DNA of 63,448 nt, the filler included, from Bonamia ostreae (lineage: Eukaryota): NCBI GenBank assembly GCA_040357525.1. It is 5 parts of 5 records of this genome, joined end to end, with 100 filler letters (N's around TTAATTAATTAA, not from the genome) between each part and the next. Parts side by side here need not be neighbours in the genome. Positions count along the whole stretch, not along the records: positions 1 to 12,969 come from JBDODL010000012.1; positions 13,070 to 25,974 come from JBDODL010000013.1; 3 more parts are not named here. One strand, given 5' to 3'. The stretch's first letter is position 1. Each line of letters begins with the position of its first letter. The position numbers and the translations under genes are program-made. Below the pieces are notes generated by a model that saw nothing but the letters and a program-made list of their open reading frames with translations, made no database searches and was not told the origin of the DNA. Of the stretch, positions 1 to 13,080 are shown one piece after another.

Positions 1-224
1 AACTAAAATATTTAAAAAAAAACATTTTAAAATTTTTTTAAATTTAAAAACAAAAATTTTTTTTATATTTAAAAAAAAAACTTTTTAAATTTATTAAAAT
101 TTAAAACGAAAATTTTTTTTAATTATTAAAAAAAAAAATTTTAAAATTTATTAAAATTTGAAAAGATAATTTTTTTGAATTTTTAAAAAAAAAAAAACAG
201 TTTAATATATCAAAATTAATATAG

Positions 225-3200
225 CAATATATCTTGGACTAATGATACGAAGAGTATTCATGGTAAATTCGGGTGTTGCGAATTTTGACGACAAAGATTA
301 TTACGGCAACAAAAGATTGGAACTTTCAGGACAACTGATTTCGATTCTATTCGAAGATCTTTTCAAACGCTTTAATAACGAAGTCAGAAAACATATGGAC
401 AACACGGTCATTTGTCAAATTTTTTGTTATTCAGACAAAGCATTTTTAGCTTCAGAAGAGAAAACAATTTAATGATTTTAAAGCTTCAAAAGAAAACCAG
501 AGGCCAAGAATTTGACGCAGTGAAGTTTCTAAAAATGCGCAGAGATATAATAACGAAAGGATTCGTTCATACTATTTCTACAGGAAATTGGACGCTGCAT
601 CGTTTCAATATGGATCGACATGGCGTCACTGCGGTTTTTATATTCTTTTGTCGAAAAACAAAATTAATAACTTTCAGTTTTTAAAATTCCAAAACGAGGT
701 ATAAAATTCCATCAAAATATGTAACAACGAAAGGTGCTCAACAGATTGTCATACATATCAACAATCGGTCACATGACGCGGATATCAAGTTCAGTCGAAA
801 AAAACAGAAAAATATCCGGTCCGAGAGCTCTTCAAGCGTCGCAATGGGGAATGATTTGTCCTTCGGATACTCCGGAAGGCGAGGGGTGTGGTCTTATTAA
901 AAACTTGGCTCTTTTGGCTCATGTAACTACAGAAGAAGACGACCAAATTTTAATTTCAATTGCTTTCGCTCTCGGCGCGGAAGACATCAAAAATTGCTCG
1001 CGAGACTTTTACACCGACAAAAATGCTTTTGTGGTGTTTGTAAACGGACGAGCCATCGGGATCCATTTCGATTATCAAAAATTTGTAAATTCGTTTAAGC
1101 TATTAAGAAGAAAAGGTGGACATTTTTTTGATATTGTAATTTTGAAGGGTTAATTCACAGATTTGTGAGTGTATACCATCACGAAGATCATCGTTGTTTA
1201 TACATTGCGTCAGACGAAGGGCGTGTTTGCAGGCCATTAATAATTGTCGATAACGGGCAACCCCTTGTTACAGTTTTTTATACTTACAAATATTTAATTT
1301 TTCGAAGACGAAAAGTTTGTAATGTTTAAAAATGAAAAAAAAATCAAATATTTAAAAATAACGAAAAAATTGAATATTAAAAACAATTAAAAATTGGATA
1401 TTAAAAAAATAACGTAAAAAATCAAATATTTAAAAATAAAAGAAAAAACATTTGATTGAACTCGAAGACGGATTATCAACTTTTGAAGATTTCGTTTTAA
1501 ACGGACTGATCGAATATTTAGATGTGAACGAAGAAAACAACGCTTTTGTCGCTCTAAACGAAAGCCATTTGTCACGATCGACAACTCATTTGGAAATCGA
1601 CGAAATGGTTATCTTGGGCTTTGTCTCTGGACTTATTCCTTTTCCACACCATAACCAGTCGCCGAGAAATACTTATCAATGCGCCATGGGAAAGCAATCG
1701 ATGGGGGCGATCGGCTTGAACCAGCACTTACGACTAGACACTTTGCTATACAACCTTGTTTCCTTGCAGAAACCACTTGTCAAAACTAAAACTTTGGACT
1801 TTATTAACTTCGATAAACTTCCCGCTGGACAAGTTTTTTATTTGGATAANNNNNNNNNNNNNNNNNNNNNNNNNNNNNNNNNNNNNNNNNNNNNNNNNNN
1901 NNNNNNNNNNNNNNNNNNNNNNNNNNNNNNNNNNNNNNNNNNNNNNNNNATTTTTTGTCTTTAAAACTCGAAAAAGAAATTGTCCGCCATTTTCTAAATT
2001 TTTTGTCTTTAAAACTCGAAAAAGAAATTGTCCGCCATTTTCTAAATTTTTTTGTCGACAAAATAAATTGTCCTCCATTTTCTAAATTAATCACAACAAT
2101 CGATTGACCGAAATTTGTAAAAAAATCAATCTGATATCTTATAAAATAGAATGCGATAGTCGCAGTGATGAGCTATTCCGGATACGACATCGAAGATGCG
2201 ATTATATTGAACAAGGGGTCGGTGGAAAGAGGATTTGGAAAATGCGTTGTCTACCGCAAACACACGACATCGATTAGTCGTTACGTCAACAACACGTTCG
2301 ACAAGATATCCAAGGACAAAACGGAAAGAAATTCCACTGGTTTGTGCGAAGTAGACAGCAAACTAAATCCGCGAGACATCATTGTCAACAAGTTTTCACC
2401 AAAAAACACTTTGGTCGTTTCCGAGAACACGAGTTATCGACACAACCCGTTGGTTTACAGAGAAAGAGAGCCAGCCATCGTCGACAAAGTTTATCAAATT
2501 TCAGAGCTTAATAAATAATCCTAATGCAAATTAATAAATTGCAGAGCTTAAAAGTCAGAAGCTCAAACCATTATATTTTAAAGGTAATGGCGACATCGAA
2601 CACGAACGATCATTTCTTATTAAAAATATTGACAAGGGAAACACGCTCTCCCGAAATCGGGGACAAATTCAGCAGTCGGCACGGCCAGAAAGGAGTTTGC
2701 GGGCTCATCGTTCCCCAATGCGATCTGCCATTCAACCAAGACGGGGTAACTCCAGATATTATTATGAATCCGCACGGATTTCCGTCAAGAATGACGATCG
2801 GAAAACTAGTTGAAATTATTGCGGGAAAAGTTTAATATTTTAAAAATCTTTTTTTGCTTTTAATTAATTTGTGGAAAAGAGATGTGTTCGATTATTTTTA
2901 TTTGTGTTCGATTAGTTTGATTAAACTTGGAGATTTTTACACTTTTGAATGCCTTAAACCAAAAAGTAGAATTAAAATTTAATAAAACATTTCGAAACAC
3001 AAATAAAAACTATTAGCAAAAATCAAACTTTAGCAAAAAATCGATCATTTTAGAAAATAAAATTTTAATATAAAAAGAACTTTTTATATAAAATGAATGA
3101 ATATTTAATATAAAAAATGGACACATAAAACAAATAAAAATTTAAATATGAAACTAATTTTTCAAAAAAGTAAAATGTAAATAATTTAAAAAAAATTAAA

Positions 3201-4337
3201 ATTTTTGATAATAACGATTCAAAAAATGTAAAAAAATGTAAATATAAATCGATTCAAAACAAAAAATTTGAATATTAACAAATACAAATTTCTAAAAAGG
3301 ATCATTGTTAACGGATAAATTATAAAAAATAATCCCTTTCAAAAAATAAATAATATAATGACAGAGTTTTTATATCAATCGCAAACAAATAAATCTTAAA
3401 AATGTAAAAAATCATAAAAATAAATGTAAAAACGAGAAATCAAAAAAATCGTAAAAATGAAAATTCGTAAAAACGAAAAATCTTAAAAATAGTAAAAAAA
3501 ACCGTAACAACAAAAACATCCCAACAAGGTCGCAGTTTTAGAGGGCAAACTAAAATACGGTACAGCCTTTGGCAACGAACAAATCTCTGACACCTGCGAA
3601 GCCCTGTTAAAACACGGCTACAACTATTCCGGCAAAGAATTGTTGTACTCCGGCATCACCGGAGAAGCCCTCGAGTCGTTTATTTTTATGGGGCCGGTCT
3701 ACTACCAGAAATTAAAACACATGGTCGCAGACAAAATGCACGCCCGTGCGCGGGGGCCAAAGACAACATTGGTGAGACAACCCAGGGAAGGTAGGTCGAA
3801 AGAAGGGGGGTTGAGACTGGGAGAAATGGAGAGGGATTGTTTGATTGCTTACGGAACTTCGATGTTGCTGCAAGAGCGGCTCTGTTTTTCGTCGGACAAG
3901 TACACCGTCTTGGTTTGCAGAGTTTCTATTTACGATTGTTCTATGTAACAGTAATATGTTTGGAATCGATTGTGATTTTTTAATTTGTATTGATGTGTAC
4001 TTGTCAGACATTTAATAATATGGAATAAGGATTGCGGCATGATGGTATATNNNNNNNNNNNNNNNNNNNNNNNNNNNNNNNNNNNNNNNNNNNNNNNNNN
4101 NNNNNNNNNNNNNNNNNNNNNNNNNNNNNNNNNNNNNNNNNNNNNNNNNNTGTACTTGTCAGACATTTAATAATATGGAATAAGGATTGCGGCATGATGG
4201 TATATAAAGAATGGTGCAATCTGTGCAAGAAGAAGACAGACATGGCTATGCTAACAATTCCCTACGCTTGTAAACTGCTATTTCAAGAATTGATATCAAT
4301 GAACATTGTCACCAAAATTCGATTGCGAAACGAGTAA
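225..4337 (+). CDS. POLR3B: RNA polymerase III second-largest subunit, multi-exon, 5' partial
   Basis: Motifs [81 protein letters not shown] across spliced exons; [13 protein letters not shown] and [10 protein letters not shown] favour the Pol III paralogue. Two 100-N gaps lie inside introns. Confidence 0.93.
1950..2085. repeat. Intronic 48-bp tandem repeat (two near-full copies plus a partial one) next to a gap
   Basis: ttttttgtctttaaaactcgaaaaagaaattgtccgccattttctaaa repeated. Confidence 0.85.
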
Positions 4338-4986
4338 ATATTTTAATTTTCGACAAAATATTTCTTCTCAGATCATAAAAAGTGCAACAAAACTAAATCG
4401 ACATTTTTAAAAAATGATTTAAAACAATGAGATTGATAATTGCAATGCAGAATCTGCGACCATCTTTAGCTGTTGAAAGATTGTCCTGTGACCAAACAAA
4501 CTGTTTTTTTCTTGTCGCAGAGCATTTCAAGATTTTCAACTTGCTCCTTAAGATTGATGTTGACAAATATTTAGTTTTCTGGACATCTTGAAAGAATCAG
4601 AATTTTGTTTTCTTTGACCAATTTTTGGGTAAAAGTATATCGATTTGTAATGCTTTTAGGCTGATCGCAAGCGTTTGTTGATACCGATAGAATTATTAAC
4701 AATAGAGACATTTTATAATCGTTTTATTAAAATTGCAGTAGAATATAAAATTACATTGCAATTAAAATTTCTAATTAATCTATGTTTTTCGTCAAATTGC
4801 CATTTTTATTTATAAAATTTTTATTGTAACGATTTTTTAATCCGATGAACAAATTTTTAGATTAAAAATATTGTTATCGTCTTTTATAAAATTGAAACTA
4901 TGTAACAGATGGATAATTTAATCTCATTTATATTTAATTGTAATAAACAATTTTGTTTAAAATTTGTCAATCGTGTAAACAATTTA

Positions 4987-7900
4987 TTAACTAAAAAAGT
5001 ACTTAGAATCGAGCACACTTTTTAAAGAAAGGGCTCCTTTTTGTGGAAGTGGTTTGAATTTTATATCCGGGAAACGGATTCTGAACTGATCTTTGACGTC
5101 GAGAAGCGGATCTTGTTCGTGCAAATTTACGAACTGCTGTCTGATAATTTTGTTCATTTTGTCAATATCCGCCGCGTGTGTCCAGAATGAATCGTGCACA
5201 GACGCAAATTCTATTCCATCATCGCTTTATCACAAAATTTAATTTGCTTTTCCGCATTTTTAATGTTGCCAAATTTTGGCTTATCGAATCGAAAATTTTA
5301 TTATAAAGTCGCCATTTTTTAATATTGCAAATTTTTAATTTAACTAAACTGCTTTTTGGAGTGAGTACATTTGTAATTTTACCAAAACAAAAATTTGAAA
5401 TCTGCATAATAACCGGCATTTTTTGGCCGTCATCAACATATGCGTTGAATCCAAAGAGTGCACGAAATTTGGTGGGAACGCCAACGATTGCGATCTCACA
5501 TTCGGTTGGTACTTTTAGATTATTTTTAAATTTGTAAGTTTTGGATTTCTTTAATCGATTTTTATCCGTTTATTGGAAAATTTGGCTTTGACTAAATTTT
5601 AAAAGACATTGAAAGAGTCTTTAATTTCTTCGAACGGAATGCCGTAATGTTGCATTGCGGGCAACTTTAACGGCGTCAGCCATGAAACGCATTTTCCTTG
5701 TTTGGCTATTTGTTTGCTGGCGTGGCGAAGCCATTCCATTATTTTGTTTGCCGATGTAAAAATCTCATCCACGCTGTCCAGTACTACTGTAGCCAAATAT
5801 AACGAAGATTTGTACAAATCCTTTTTTTCAGATTTTAAAATTATTTTATTTTCGGATGTTTAATATTTATTTTTTAATTTTTCAAGATTTTTTTTAATTT
5901 TTATGTTCTTTCCGGATTTTAATTAATTTAGGATTTTTATAATTTTTCGAATTTTAAACATTTTTTAATTTTTTTAATTTTCAATAATTTTTACTATTTT
6001 TTTAAATTTATTTTTCAGGATTTTTATTTAATATTTTTTGTTCAGATTAAATGTAAAACCAATTCCAATTCTTTAAGATTAGATTTTTCGAGTTGTCTTT
6101 CGATCTGTTTTCTGGCGCCGATGACAGTCACTCCATAAACAGTTGTCATGACGGTTTGTTTTATCATCTGAAAAGTTATAATTTCAACTTTTCTGGTCAA
6201 TTTGCCGTTAAGGATCGTCGCCATTTTCCTTTTCTCCGCATTCTCAGAACTCATGTCCTTCTTTACTTTTCTTATTGCGATCTCCAGAACTTTGACGTAA
6301 GCGTCTTTCGGTTTGTCTCCGTTTGTCAGATTTACGAATTCCGCGCTCTTCATGTCTCTGCCCATCGCGGAGTAGTGTTGGAGACCGTTGCAAGAGCCAT
6401 CTTGATAAACGGGCAAATTCGATTTGTATCTACTCACATCGCCTTTTCGCATTTTTTAATTGGCGATTTCGTAATTTTATTTTTAATTGGCGATTTTATA
6501 ATTTTATTTTAATTGGCAATTTGTTTCAAAAATTTTTCAAGATCAACAATTAACCTGTTCTTGCGGCTTCAGTGATTTCGAAGCAACAAGCCAAAATCTG
6601 CCACGGCTCGTCTCCTTTGCGCCACCAGTCGAACTCCAATGGGAAGTCTGCGCTGTCCATGATGTTGTGCATATTGTTCAGAGACCATTTCTTTCTGTCT
6701 TCGTTCGACATTTTGTTGTTTCCGTACAAATTGCACAAATGGATCAACAACCATTTCCAGCCGTTTTTATTCAACGCCTTCTTTTCCGCGAACTTGTAAT
6801 TATTAGTTTCAGTTAAAAATTCAAAATTTTAGAATCAGTAAAAAGTGGCAAAATAATTTTGATTAATAGTTTAAAATAATTTAAATTTTACAATGTCCAA
6901 TAAACAATTAAAAATTTTCAATAAAACTTTGATAATTCCGCGATTTAAGTCATCACTGACGTGGCTAAAATAAGGCGAATGAGGATAGCAACGCCCACGA
7001 AAATCGAGGAAATAGGGAAAATAAAATGTTTCTTTGAAAGTTTGAAAATTTGAAATCGATAAAATTGCAAAAAATTTAAGTTTAGTCAAATGTTCCCAAA
7101 ATTACAAATTTATGTTTTTTATATTTTTTTGTAATTTTTTTTGAAATGTTTTATTAAATTTTAGCAAATTTTGCAATTTATATGAGCAACCATTTCTAAT
7201 TCTTTTGGCGGTTTGAAGCTTGAGAAAGCACGTTGCGTAGAGCCCTAGATAATTATTGAAACTGAGAGAATGCTCATAGTTCTTTTCTTTGCTCTTTTTT
7301 ATGTTTTGCATCAGTTTTTCGTTGAGCGTTCGAGAGTCGAGATTTACTGAATCGAGTTTGTGTATCGAGTCGAGTAGAGATTTTTCTATTGATTTCGGTG
7401 ACTCTTTTTCATGGAAAGTTCCAGGAAGTCCTTTGAAATTTTAATTTGCAAAATTTAAAGCAGCAAAATTTTTTGTATTTATTTTTAAAATTTTTTTTTG
7501 TTTTAAACTGTAAAATTTTTATTCGTTAAAATTTTTTTTGTTTTAAACTGTAAAATTTTTATTCGTTAAATTTTATTTGTTTTAAACTGTAAAATTTTTA
7601 TTCGTTAAATTTTTTTGTTTTTATCGTTTATTTGAATCCAGTTTATCGGTTTAGAAATTTAAACATCCAATTAAAAAGTAAAATAAAAAAATTGCAAATA
7701 GTCAAATGAATGAGAATACCCGAAATGCTTTGTCCATGTTTGAAGTAGTGGTTCACAATCGCAAGCACTTTTTTGTTGACCGCCCAACTGCAATTTTGCA
7801 GCGAGTTGATGCTGTCCAGCAAATATTGCAATTCGTCTTTTGGTATCGATTCGATGTTTTTCTTGTATTCTTTTTTCAAAGCTTTCGTCCTTAAGAGGTT

Positions 7901-9670
7901 TCTCGAGGTGGTCAGAAATCCGCCGTCTGACGGCGATATCCAGTTTCTTTTGTTTAAAATATTGTTTATGAGCATGTCATATTTGCAGATTAAATATATG
8001 TCAATGATATTTTGCTTCAAAAATATTTGTTTTTTAGAGATCAATTGAAATCGTTGTTTACGCAATTTTCAATTTTGCGAAATCTGAAACAGCAAAATTG
8101 ATGTGCAATCGATTGTTGTCAAAACCTGGGTCGGACGATCATGGGATCGTCGAAGGGGTTGTTCTGTAGTTTGTATGTGAATTCCATGCTGTTCTTCAAA
8201 TATTCAACAACTTCGTTTGCCAATATCACATGAAAAGTTTTGTGGTGATTTTTAAACATTGTTTTTTTTTCAATCTTTACCGCTGGAATTTTTTGACTTT
8301 TTGTGGTTTAACCAGTTGAAATTTTTTTATTCGAAAATCGAATAATAAAAGAAATTTTAATAAAAATTTTATTCGAAGATCGAATATTAAAAAAAAGTTC
8401 AGATATTTTAGCCGAAAAATGAAACCCTTTATCATTATAAATATAAGCAGATTTCAAGAAAAGGTAAAAAATTTTGTCTCCGAGCGATTTGCGTTCGGTC
8501 TCCTTCCATTCCAAATGGTTTTCTTTGACGGGTTCATCCGACAATTTTGACTCGATGAATATTTTCTGCTTTATCAATCTTTCACTAAATCCTTCTTTTA
8601 TCAAATCTGTAATCTTTTAATATTCGTTTCAATAAAAATTTTAGTCAAGACGGGAAATTTTCAAAGAAACCAAATCTCTCTTTCGAACGTATTTTCGATT
8701 TGTCTCCATGTTCAAATTGCGCCCAAAATTGTCGGCAATGACTTTCAAAGTGATATTGTACTCGTTTTTGTCGCTTTTGTAATTGGAGATCGTCCAACAA
8801 CGGAAAAACGACGCAATGAACACCGAAGTTATTTCGTCCGGGCTCAGCAGCAACAAACGAGCCTCCGTCTTCGTGAAGTATTTTTTCGATTTATATCCGC
8901 TCCGGAGATTCTTTATTTCTTCGCTCAGTTCGCTGAACCAAACGGCGATCGTTTTATCGATTTGGTCACTCTGGCTGTGATCGTAGACGATCTGGTTGGA
9001 GCCTCCCAACCGTTCTCTCATCATATCGGTGTATCCTCGGAGATTGTCGTTTTCGTTGAGCCATTGCAATTTTAGTTTCTTCGTTTAATTATTGAAACTT
9101 CTGGATCTGGGACGTAACCATCCGAAAAACATTCGAAGACGTATTCGCTGAGCATATTGTGACACTTGGATTTTTAGTTTTGATTTTCATGTTTGCAATT
9201 TAAAACCGATTCGCTGTCAATCAACTTGTTAGTGTAGTCGGGGTCTTTGTCGTCTTTGATCAGTTTGAGTTCGGTCAGACAACCGATGAAGTTTTCCATC
9301 ATTTTCTTTATTTTCGCGGCATTTGTCGTTTCAAGTTTTCCATCCGGATTTGATCTCAAAATGTACCAAAAATTTCTCTGGAGAAATCTGCTTCCGTAGC
9401 CGGCTAGATTTTTTAATTTTATTTGCTTTCAATAAAAATCGATTTTCGAATAAAAATCAAACTTGTTTCAATGAAATCATCTTCCTCGACTCTCCCTTCA
9501 ATTCCAAGTTCGGATTTGTAGGTTTCGTGATGCTCCCAAAAAAGATAGTTTAGAGTTTCGGCGCATTTCGAAGCCAATAATCTTCTGTCAAAAATCGCTT
9601 TTGTTCTGACAATATCGAGTTTTGGGAGTTCTGGATATTTTCTGAATTTGGATAGTTTATTTATCAACAT
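4987..9670 (-). CDS. POLRMT: Phage T7-type mitochondrial RNA polymerase, multi-exon
   Basis: [39 protein letters not shown] (motif A), [16 protein letters not shown] (motif B after removing a 21-nt intron), VHDSFWTHA (motif C), terminal SKYFFS. Start codon is tentative. Confidence 0.93.
7495..7620. repeat. Intronic ~40-bp tandem repeat (3 copies)
   Basis: tgttttaaactgtaaaatttttattcgttaaa repeated. Confidence 0.85.
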
Positions 9671-9974
9671 TTCCGAGCAATTTAGCTTTTGGTTTTATAT
9701 TCGTTAGTTAATACTATTTAGACATTTTTGATTAAATAATGAGCTCAAATCATCATTTAGTTAATAAATATGTTAGATTCAATAGAACAACATTTCTTTT
9801 ATTCCTACGACATTTTTGTAAACGTTTTTATTGTTTCCAGAGCTTCTCTCATCTGCTATTCTCATTTTTGCAAATTTTCACGCAAAATTTAGTTCACAAG
9901 TGCTTCTGTTCACTAATTTTTTAATTAGTTTGTTCAAAAGAATAAATTAAATCAAATATAGCATCAAAATTTTT

Positions 9975-10110
9975 TAATGATCATCACAAAGAATTGCTAA
10001 AACTTTAATTGCGTTTTTAATGACTTCACAAAGAATTTCTAAAAACGTTAATTGCGTTTTTAATGACTTCACAAAGAATTGCTGAAAATGTTAATTGCGT
10101 TTTTAATGGT
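9975..10110. repeat. Intergenic ~43-bp tandem repeat (3 copies)
   Basis: atga(c)ttcacaaagaatt...taattgcgtttttaa repeated. Confidence 0.8.
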
Positions 10111-10194
10111 CCACGCAAAAATGCAAATCAAAAAATATTGATTACAACACAATTTATTACAATACAATAAACAATCTTTTACAATTTTGAAGAT

Positions 10195-11596
10195 TTAGAC
10201 TGTTTTGCGTGGCTCTATTTTGTTTCCGTATCCACTTTTATTTGTTTTGAAAACGTTTTCACCACAAACTTTGTTCGTCGGTAATTGCATCGCGTAATTC
10301 GATTCTGTCAATTCTTCTCTCGTTATTGAACAGAACAAAACGCTGTTTTTAAACTTGAAGTTTCTTTTCGGCGCTCTGCTGAAAGAACCCATAATCGAGC
10401 ACACCAAACAAGTCGCGTTTTTAGCTGGTTTGCACCGTCTTTGTTATTATAAAAAATGGATTATTGAAATATATATTTATAAAAATTTATTTTAGTTATG
10501 TCAACTTTGTGAAAATTGTTGCCATTCCAAGTCTAATCACCATTTCTAATGGCGGCATCCGAGGAATATCATTTGTTCTTAGAAATACATTTTCGAATTT
10601 GTTTTCAATGTCTAAAATTTTTCTTTCATACTTTAAGTTGTTTCAATTAGTTTCAAAATATGATTGAAATAAATCAAAGTTTAGATAGTTATTTCAACAC
10701 AATTAAAGCCAAAATTCGATGTTTGTACCTTTGTATCTTTACAATTGAGCAACAATGGATCAGAAATTAACTCACTCCATTTAAGCAAAGTTGATTCATC
10801 AAAATTGTTTTTAATAAATGTCACGGCTTTGCAATTTATTTTTCTCTCTTCTTTTACGAAATTTCCCCCGCCGCTCGCCAATATTTTTAGGTACTCCATT
10901 ATTTTAATTTCTGTCTCGATTTCCAACTTTTATTATAGTTAAAACATTTAGTTTTGATATTTTGGATTTATTTCTTTTTATCCATACTAACGCATCTTTT
11001 GCGTTATCTTTTCTGAGGGAAGATTTGACGTTAAAAAGATTTTCGTACTCGTCAATATCAAGCAAAACTTCAATTTCGGCACTTTTTGCCAATTTTTGTG
11101 CTAATTTGAAGTACCTGTTTCTTGCCAAAAAATCACAGATTAATGTTTCAATGGCCCTTTGTTCCCATAAAGAACTCTCTATTATATTTTCTTGTTTCAG
11201 AATGTCAACATTTAGAGATAAATCGATCTTTTTGTAGTTTTTATCGATTTTCGTTATTTTTTTATTGATTGAACAGATTTGGTTCTTTGAAATGCGAGAA
11301 ATGAATTTTAATCTTCTCATCAGTTTTTCTTCCATTTTGGATCGAATATTTTCAAATTTTGTCAACTGTAACTTTAGAATTTAATGAACTCGTATTTTGA
11401 AATCTGTTGCTTCGCCTATCAATGCGTCTATTTTATCAACTATTTTTTCCTTTGGAGATCTTGATTTAATGGAGTCTTCGAGGATCGCAACTTTTTGCTT
11501 GTCGAAATCAAAGCAATTCTTCATGTACAACTTTTGAGCGTTTCTAACGGCCTTTTCCATTTTGTTGTAAATTTGAGACAATAAAAGTGTTTCCAT
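10195..11596 (-). CDS. MAEA: CTLH/GID E3 ligase subunit MAEA/Fyv10-like, multi-exon
   Basis: LisH-like (LICDFLARNRYFKLAQKLAK), CTLH-like (ALVWIKRNKSKI) and C-terminal degenerate RING (CLVC...SVLFCSITREEL...MQLP). Confidence 0.75.
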
Positions 11597-12023
11597 TATG
11601 AAAATGCATTCCCTATTTTAAATTTATTTTTATTACTTTTTGTCCATTTCTACTTAAAACTTATAAATTTGTTTTTTGCTAAATTTCTCTTAATATCCTA
11701 ACATTATCAAAAATACTTCGTTGATTTTATATGTGATGTACGATATCGGAAATGCTAAAGCTACATTAAATCCAAGGGAATAAATATTATTTATAATCAA
11801 TAATTTATTTGATTTATAAAAAATTATACATACGTTTTTATCCATAAAGATATAATCAAATCTCTCCACTCTCCTTTTCCTTCTTTTCGAAAATCGTCGT
11901 TTGATTACAAATGATACTGTATGTTGTCCATGTTACTACTGAAAAAGTTTTGGATGATCAAGTGTAAAATTCATTTGCTGGCTTAAAACATATTTCCAAA
12001 AATTAGAAAATCTTCATAAAATA

Positions 12024-12579
12024 ATGTCTGAAGAAATCGAAGTGGATGCAAAATTGTCAGAAAGAAGACAGTTGACACTAACACAAGAAAAAGAGCGCCA
12101 ACGGTATAGGAAAATAAAGAAAACCGCGGAAAAGGAAAGGAGGGCGGCTGAGAAGACGAGGAGAATCACGCAGGTTAATGTCACTTCGTTTGACAAAAAC
12201 TTGAATCAAGACCTAAATTCGTATTATTGCGCATTTTGCGGGGCCTTCGCTATCGTCATGCGTTTCAATATCATTTTTAGAAACCGAACTTTCTAATATC
12301 CCGAAAAGGGTCAAACAAAATGGAGGAGCTTTCGCTATTTTGAACGAGAAGCACGAATTCAAGCTAGAGTTGGATAGAGGTGAAACAGTGCACATAAAAA
12401 GAGACGCTGGTTTCGAACGACAATACCTGTACGCGTGCAAAGGATGCAAATTGCCTATCGCTTACAGATGCAATAGTTTCGGAGAAAAACTAACCGTGCT
12501 CTATATTCTTGGCGATGCTCTGATAGATGATCCTTCTAGAATAGAAGAAACGATTTCCAGATATAAGATTAAAGTTTAA
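12024..12579 (+). CDS. STEEP1: STEEP1/CXorf56 (UPF0428) homologue
   Basis: YYCAFCG...IPKR...GFERQYLYACKGCKLPIAY; a 19-nt intron at 12262-12280 joins the two ORFs in frame. Confidence 0.8.
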
Positions 12580-12969
12580 TTTGTTCTTTATGTTGATATA
12601 AAATTTTTTAATCTGTACTTCATAAATCTCCCTGGTGACATATTTGTTTCTTGGGCTAAGTTCCGACATAGAGGAGAAAATTATAAACGAACCAGTTGGT
12701 AACAGTTTATCGAATTCTATAGAGATTTGTGAAGACGAGATACTGTGGTGTATTAACTGTGCACCCATTCAACAGATAACAAAAATTGCCCAAAGAATAT
12801 TGAAGAAAATATAGTTAAAAAGATAGAGAACAACAATAAAAAAATTTAAAATGAATTTCTGGATTTAGCAAATTTTGTATTGGCGATTGTATAATTATCA
12901 TTTTCAACCAATTTAAAATTTATCTAAACCAATTGCTTTCTTGTTATTTACATTTTCTATTTCATTTTT

Positions 12970-13069
12970 NNNNNNNNNNNNNNNNNNNNNNNNNNNNNNN
13001 NNNNNNNNNNNNNTTAATTAATTAANNNNNNNNNNNNNNNNNNNNNNNNNNNNNNNNNNNNNNNNNNNN
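12970..13069. other. Artificial contig spacer N44-TTAATTAATTAA-N44
   Basis: Six-frame-stop linker flanked by Ns. Confidence 0.97.
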
Positions 13070-13080
13070 ATAATTTTCTA

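Noticed and set aside
3996-4205. Direct repeats flanking 100-N gaps (also around 20879-20978 and 22270-22369)
   Set aside because: Identical sequence on both sides of a scaffold gap indicates unmerged contig overlap, not a real duplication or target-site duplication.
4420-4711. Possible small secreted protein starting MSLLLIILSVS on the minus strand
   Set aside because: No unambiguous splice path to a full ORF.
4987-9670. T7-like RNA polymerase as evidence of a phage or virus
   Set aside because: Intron-rich nuclear gene of the mitochondrial type with no viral neighbours.
9975-10110. Regularly spaced repeats resembling a CRISPR array (also 7495-7620, 41544-41700)
   Set aside because: No unique spacers, degenerate AT-rich units, no cas genes, eukaryotic context.
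13014-13025. Palindromic TTAATTAATTAA recurring every ~12.5 kb (also 26019, 38662, 51189)
   Set aside because: Sits in N runs with stops in all six frames, and the separated pieces fall in size order: an artificial concatenation linker.
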